Of a stretch of DNA of 64,000 bases, positions 61,241 through 64,000 are shown piece by piece. The notes under the pieces were generated by a model, which ran no database searches, was not told the origin of the DNA, and worked only from the letters and a program-made list of their open reading frames with translations. Each line of letters opens with the position of its first letter. Position 1 is the stretch's first letter. The stretch covers positions 22,107 through 86,106 of the forward strand of contig DIRN01000071.1 of the NCBI GenBank assembly GCA_002426645.1, in the 5' to 3' direction. The position numbers and the translations under genes were made by a program. Source of the stretch: Firmicutes bacterium UBA5435 (GTDB lineage: Bacteria; Bacillota; UBA5435).

Positions 61241-61657
61241 CTAATCTTTCTTTAGTACTTTCCTATAGATAATCTTGTCATCACCCACAGAATAAAAATC
61301 GTGTACCCTTGCCTCTTCAGTAAATCCATTGTGTTCATAAAAAATGCGCGCCTTCTCATAGATAGAACGCGAAGAAGTTTCAACCAGTAAGACCCTGGCT
61401 CCTTTAGTTATGAGTAAACCCTCTAAGCAGCTAAGGAGTTCTTTACCTACCCCTTTACCATGAATCTTAGGGTCAACAGCGACCCAATAAAGATCATAAA
61501 CTCCCTCTGTAAGAGGAGTCTCTCCATAACATAGAAATCCCAACATCTTATCATCTTCGAACGCGCTAAAGAAAGTGGTAACCGTTCTTACCCTCATTCT
61601 CAACGTAAGCATCGAAAAGTTCCAATGCACAAATAACCTCAGAGTCAGTGAATACAC
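61241..61657 (-). CDS. GNAT family N-acetyltransferase
   Basis: 138 aa. HGKGVGKELL CoA-binding motif. Confidence 0.7.
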   Translation of the reverse strand: MYSLTLRLFVHWNFSMLTLRMRVRTVTTFFSAFEDDKMLGFLCYGETPLTEGVYDLYWVAVDPKIHGKGVGKELLSCLEGLLITKGARVLLVETSSRSIYEKARIFYEHNGFTEEARVHDFYSVGDDKIIYRKVLKKD

Positions 61658-61797
61658 CAGACTCCCTTAGAATAGTTTCAATATTCTCTCTGCAATTCAT
61701 CTCAGGCTTAGCTATAAACATATAATCCGTCATACATAGATACACATTTATATTAAAATGGTATCACAGACGTTTCCTCCTTTATTTTATAAATTTT

Positions 61798-62805
61798 CTA
61801 TTTTTCAAATGTGCATTCGACTATCTTAGATATAAGTCTTTCATAAGTAAATCCTGCTGCTGAGGATGCCCTCACAAGCCCAGATTCTCGCGATATAGAT
61901 GGATTGGGATTCACATCAATAACGTAGGGAAGGCCATCTGCTCCTAACCTTATATCTATCCTACCATAACCTCGTACACCTAGGGTCCTATAAGCGTCAA
62001 GTGCAACCTTCTTTATCTTCTCTTCTACCTCAGGTAAAATTATAGCAGGACAAATAGGTACACTACCTTTGTACTCTGCACAGTCTTTAAACCATTTTGC
62101 TTTATAGGTACAGATTTGTACAATCTCATCTGGGAAATCAGAGAAATCCATCTCAGCCAAAGGTAGTACAACCTCATCTCCTGGATTACCAAGGATCCCA
62201 ACGTTAAATTCACGACCATCTATATATGATTCTATTATAGCAGGTTGATTATATAAGTTATGAATATATTTAATTCTTCGTTCCAGTGTAACCTCATCAT
62301 TAACCACTGATTCTCTACTTATTCCTATGCTTCCATCTTCATTTAATGGCTTTACGATGACTGGGAAACCCAGACCTATTTCAAATCCATCACCTTCTTG
62401 TAATACTTTAAAAGGTGGGCTAGGTATCCCTTTAGAAAGCAATAGTTCCTTAGTCTCTCCTTTATCAAGGGCGACCTTTAAAGTCGAGGGCCCAGAACCA
62501 GTATACTTCATATCCATATCTTCTAGAGTCTGAGCAGCTAATGTTTCACCAGAGGCAACTCCATTCAATGCTTCACATAAATTGAATACTAACTCAGGCC
62601 GGAATTTCACAACTGCATCTTTAATATTATGAGATGTCAGAATATGTACCATATCTACAGTAAATCCTATGTTCATTAGGGCTTCTCCAATCCCATGTGC
62701 CACCTCTTCAACCTCGATCTCAGCAGCCATCTCATGTGGACGTTCCTTTTCGTAAGACTCAGAATATGAATAAAGAATGAGTATATTTGCTTTCTTGCGA
62801 TTCAC
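61798..62805 (-). CDS. ATP-grasp enzyme (D-alanine-D-alanine ligase family)
   Basis: 335 aa. Ddl-like N-terminal and central domains (ESYIDGREFNVGIL, YGRIDIR). Confidence 0.6.
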   Translation of the reverse strand: MNRKKANILILYSYSESYEKERPHEMAAEIEVEEVAHGIGEALMNIGFTVDMVHILTSHNIKDAVVKFRPELVFNLCEALNGVASGETLAAQTLEDMDMKYTGSGPSTLKVALDKGETKELLLSKGIPSPPFKVLQEGDGFEIGLGFPVIVKPLNEDGSIGISRESVVNDEVTLERRIKYIHNLYNQPAIIESYIDGREFNVGILGNPGDEVVLPLAEMDFSDFPDEIVQICTYKAKWFKDCAEYKGSVPICPAIILPEVEEKIKKVALDAYRTLGVRGYGRIDIRLGADGLPYVIDVNPNPSISRESGLVRASSAAGFTYERLISKIVECTFEK

Positions 62806-62960
62806 GCCATCACCAACTTTTTAGTTTCTTTCAACATTATTCAGTATATCTGGTATATTTAAACACAGGTCCATTAAATCCTCTAGGAATTTTATGGGAT
62901 AATAAATAGGGAGCAGTGGCTCTTTTTATATAAGAACTCTGCTCCCTATATTCCTTGACC

Positions 62961-63146
62961 TTAAAGCGTTATAGCATCTACTGGGCACGAATCAGCCGCG
63001 TCTTTACAGCACTCGCGATCGTCACACTTACTCCCCTCAATGACATGCGCAAGATCATCGTCTCCCATTTCAAAGACCTCGGCACATATATCTATACAAT
63101 TTCCACAACCTATACAAAGTTCAGGATCTACCTTTGGCTCTAACAT
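62961..63146 (-). CDS. 4Fe-4S ferredoxin
   Basis: 61 aa. The CIGCGNCIDIC cluster motif plus a distal Cys/Pro segment. Confidence 0.7.
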   Translation of the reverse strand: MLEPKVDPELCIGCGNCIDICAEVFEMGDDDLAHVIEGSKCDDRECCKDAADSCPVDAITL

Positions 63147-63225
63147 TTATATCACCCCTCTCTATTTTCCGCTTTTCTATTCGAGGTTATTCAAAATAAG
63201 CACATTAGCACGGTAACTAGTTTTC

Positions 63226-64000
63226 TTACATATACACTTTGCCTTTTCTTTCTAAATCTCCCGAATATGAACTTATAAATTCACAGACTTGGTCTTTATG
63301 GAGCAAACACAGATGGTGTAACGCCCGCGTACAAGCGATATATAATAATCTTTTATCATCTTCTGTATGATAGGCCTCTTTACCCACTCCATAAACTAGT
63401 ACAGCATCAACTTCAAGGCCTTTTGCCATATATATCGGTAATACCATAATACCGGATATGGTATCTTCTGTCTGTTCGCTGATGAGTTGAACGGGAAAAT
63501 TACTTTTTATATTTTCATGCAATTCTTTAGCCTGCTCCATACTTTTACAGATTATTGCAATGGAAGAATATCCACTCTTCTGTAGTCGTCTGATTTCTTC
63601 CAATAAAGAATTATTAAGATTATCATCAGTATATTCTCCTATAAGTGTGGGTATAGCCTCATGGCGGTCAAAACTCTCAATTTGACAAGTTCCATCTGTA
63701 AATATCAGGCTAAATGTATTAATCTCATAGGAGCAACGAAAACTTTTATTTAAGAAAAGAGTAGTGCTCCTCCTTCTATTCAGGATTTTCCGTATTCTGT
63801 CATAAAGGGTAAGATCCTCGTTCTTTTCAATTGTTTGATTAATATCACCCAAAATCGTATACTTAGCATTGGGAAATAGATGTTTCAAGATTTCAAAGTG
63901 AAGAGATGAGTAATCTTGAACTTCATCTACAAGGACTTGTTTAATCTCTGAAAAAATATCGCATCTATCCATTTTTAATCTTAAGCATAAAAGACCCATG
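63226..64000 (-). CDS. UvrD/Rep-like helicase, C-terminal part (N-terminus beyond window end)
   Basis: VDEVQDYS motif (helicase motif II, DExx) at the N-terminus of the visible ORF. The reading frame is open to the window edge. Confidence 0.5.
   Translation of the reverse strand, partial: MGLLCLRLKMDRCDIFSEIKQVLVDEVQDYSSLHFEILKHLFPNAKYTILGDINQTIEKNEDLTLYDRIRKILNRRRSTTLFLNKSFRCSYEINTFSLIFTDGTCQIESFDRHEAIPTLIGEYTDDNLNNSLLEEIRRLQKSGYSSIAIICKSMEQAKELHENIKSNFPVQLISEQTEDTISGIMVLPIYMAKGLEVDAVLVYGVGKEAYHTEDDKRLLYIACTRALHHLCLLHKDQVCEFISSYSGDLERKGKVYM

Overview
This 64 kb window looks like a chromosomal segment of a low-GC Gram-positive (Firmicutes/Clostridia-like) bacterium. That placement rests on a classic T-box leader, a polA-coaE gene pair, dapL-dapF, and sigma-A type promoters. 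Most genes are on the minus strand.

The window splits into core metabolic blocks and two AT-richer accessory regions.

- **Core block 1 (1-12.6 kb):** a dense run of oxidoreductase and aminotransferase genes, including two Gfo/Idh/MocA genes plus a partial third, ending in dapL-dapF.
- **T-box operon (12.8-15.0 kb):** a T-box leader controls a phenylacetate-CoA-ligase-like gene plus an ACT-domain gene. It converges on a stand-alone long-form hisG.
- **Transporters and tRNA (16.0-18.8 kb):** two tandem CNNM/CorC-type genes, then tRNA-Leu(GAG) with its own promoter and terminator.
- **Accessory island 1 (about 18.7-28.9 kb):** decayed mobile or defense remnants flanked by an imperfect direct repeat (a group II-intron-type RT fossil and an AAA+ ATPase split by homopolymer frameshifts). 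Next is a complete Type I R-M operon, hsdM-hsdS-X-hsdR, where X is an embedded NucS/DUF91-like PD-(D/E)xK nuclease gene, and then a DUF4143-ATPase remnant. The island abuts a peptide-type ABC importer operon that lacks its ATPase genes.
- **Accessory region 2 (about 32.8-41.1 kb):** small membrane and immunity-like genes, then a single-HKD phospholipase-D-family nuclease gene beside transposase-like debris. The immunity-like genes include an AbrB-like regulator with an ABC-2 exporter, an XRE regulator with a small membrane protein, and an SdpI-like protein.
- **Core block 2 (41.3-64 kb):** slt-coaE-polA, then a second sugar or cyclitol-like cluster. It includes three Gfo/Idh/MocA genes, a DegT aminotransferase, a ceramidase-like hydrolase, a GH20-like hydrolase, a ROK regulator and a triple-LysM beta-propeller protein. 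The window ends in a partial UvrD-like helicase gene.

No CRISPR array or rRNA was seen. Several genes are broken at homopolymer runs; these could be real pseudogenes or sequencing errors.
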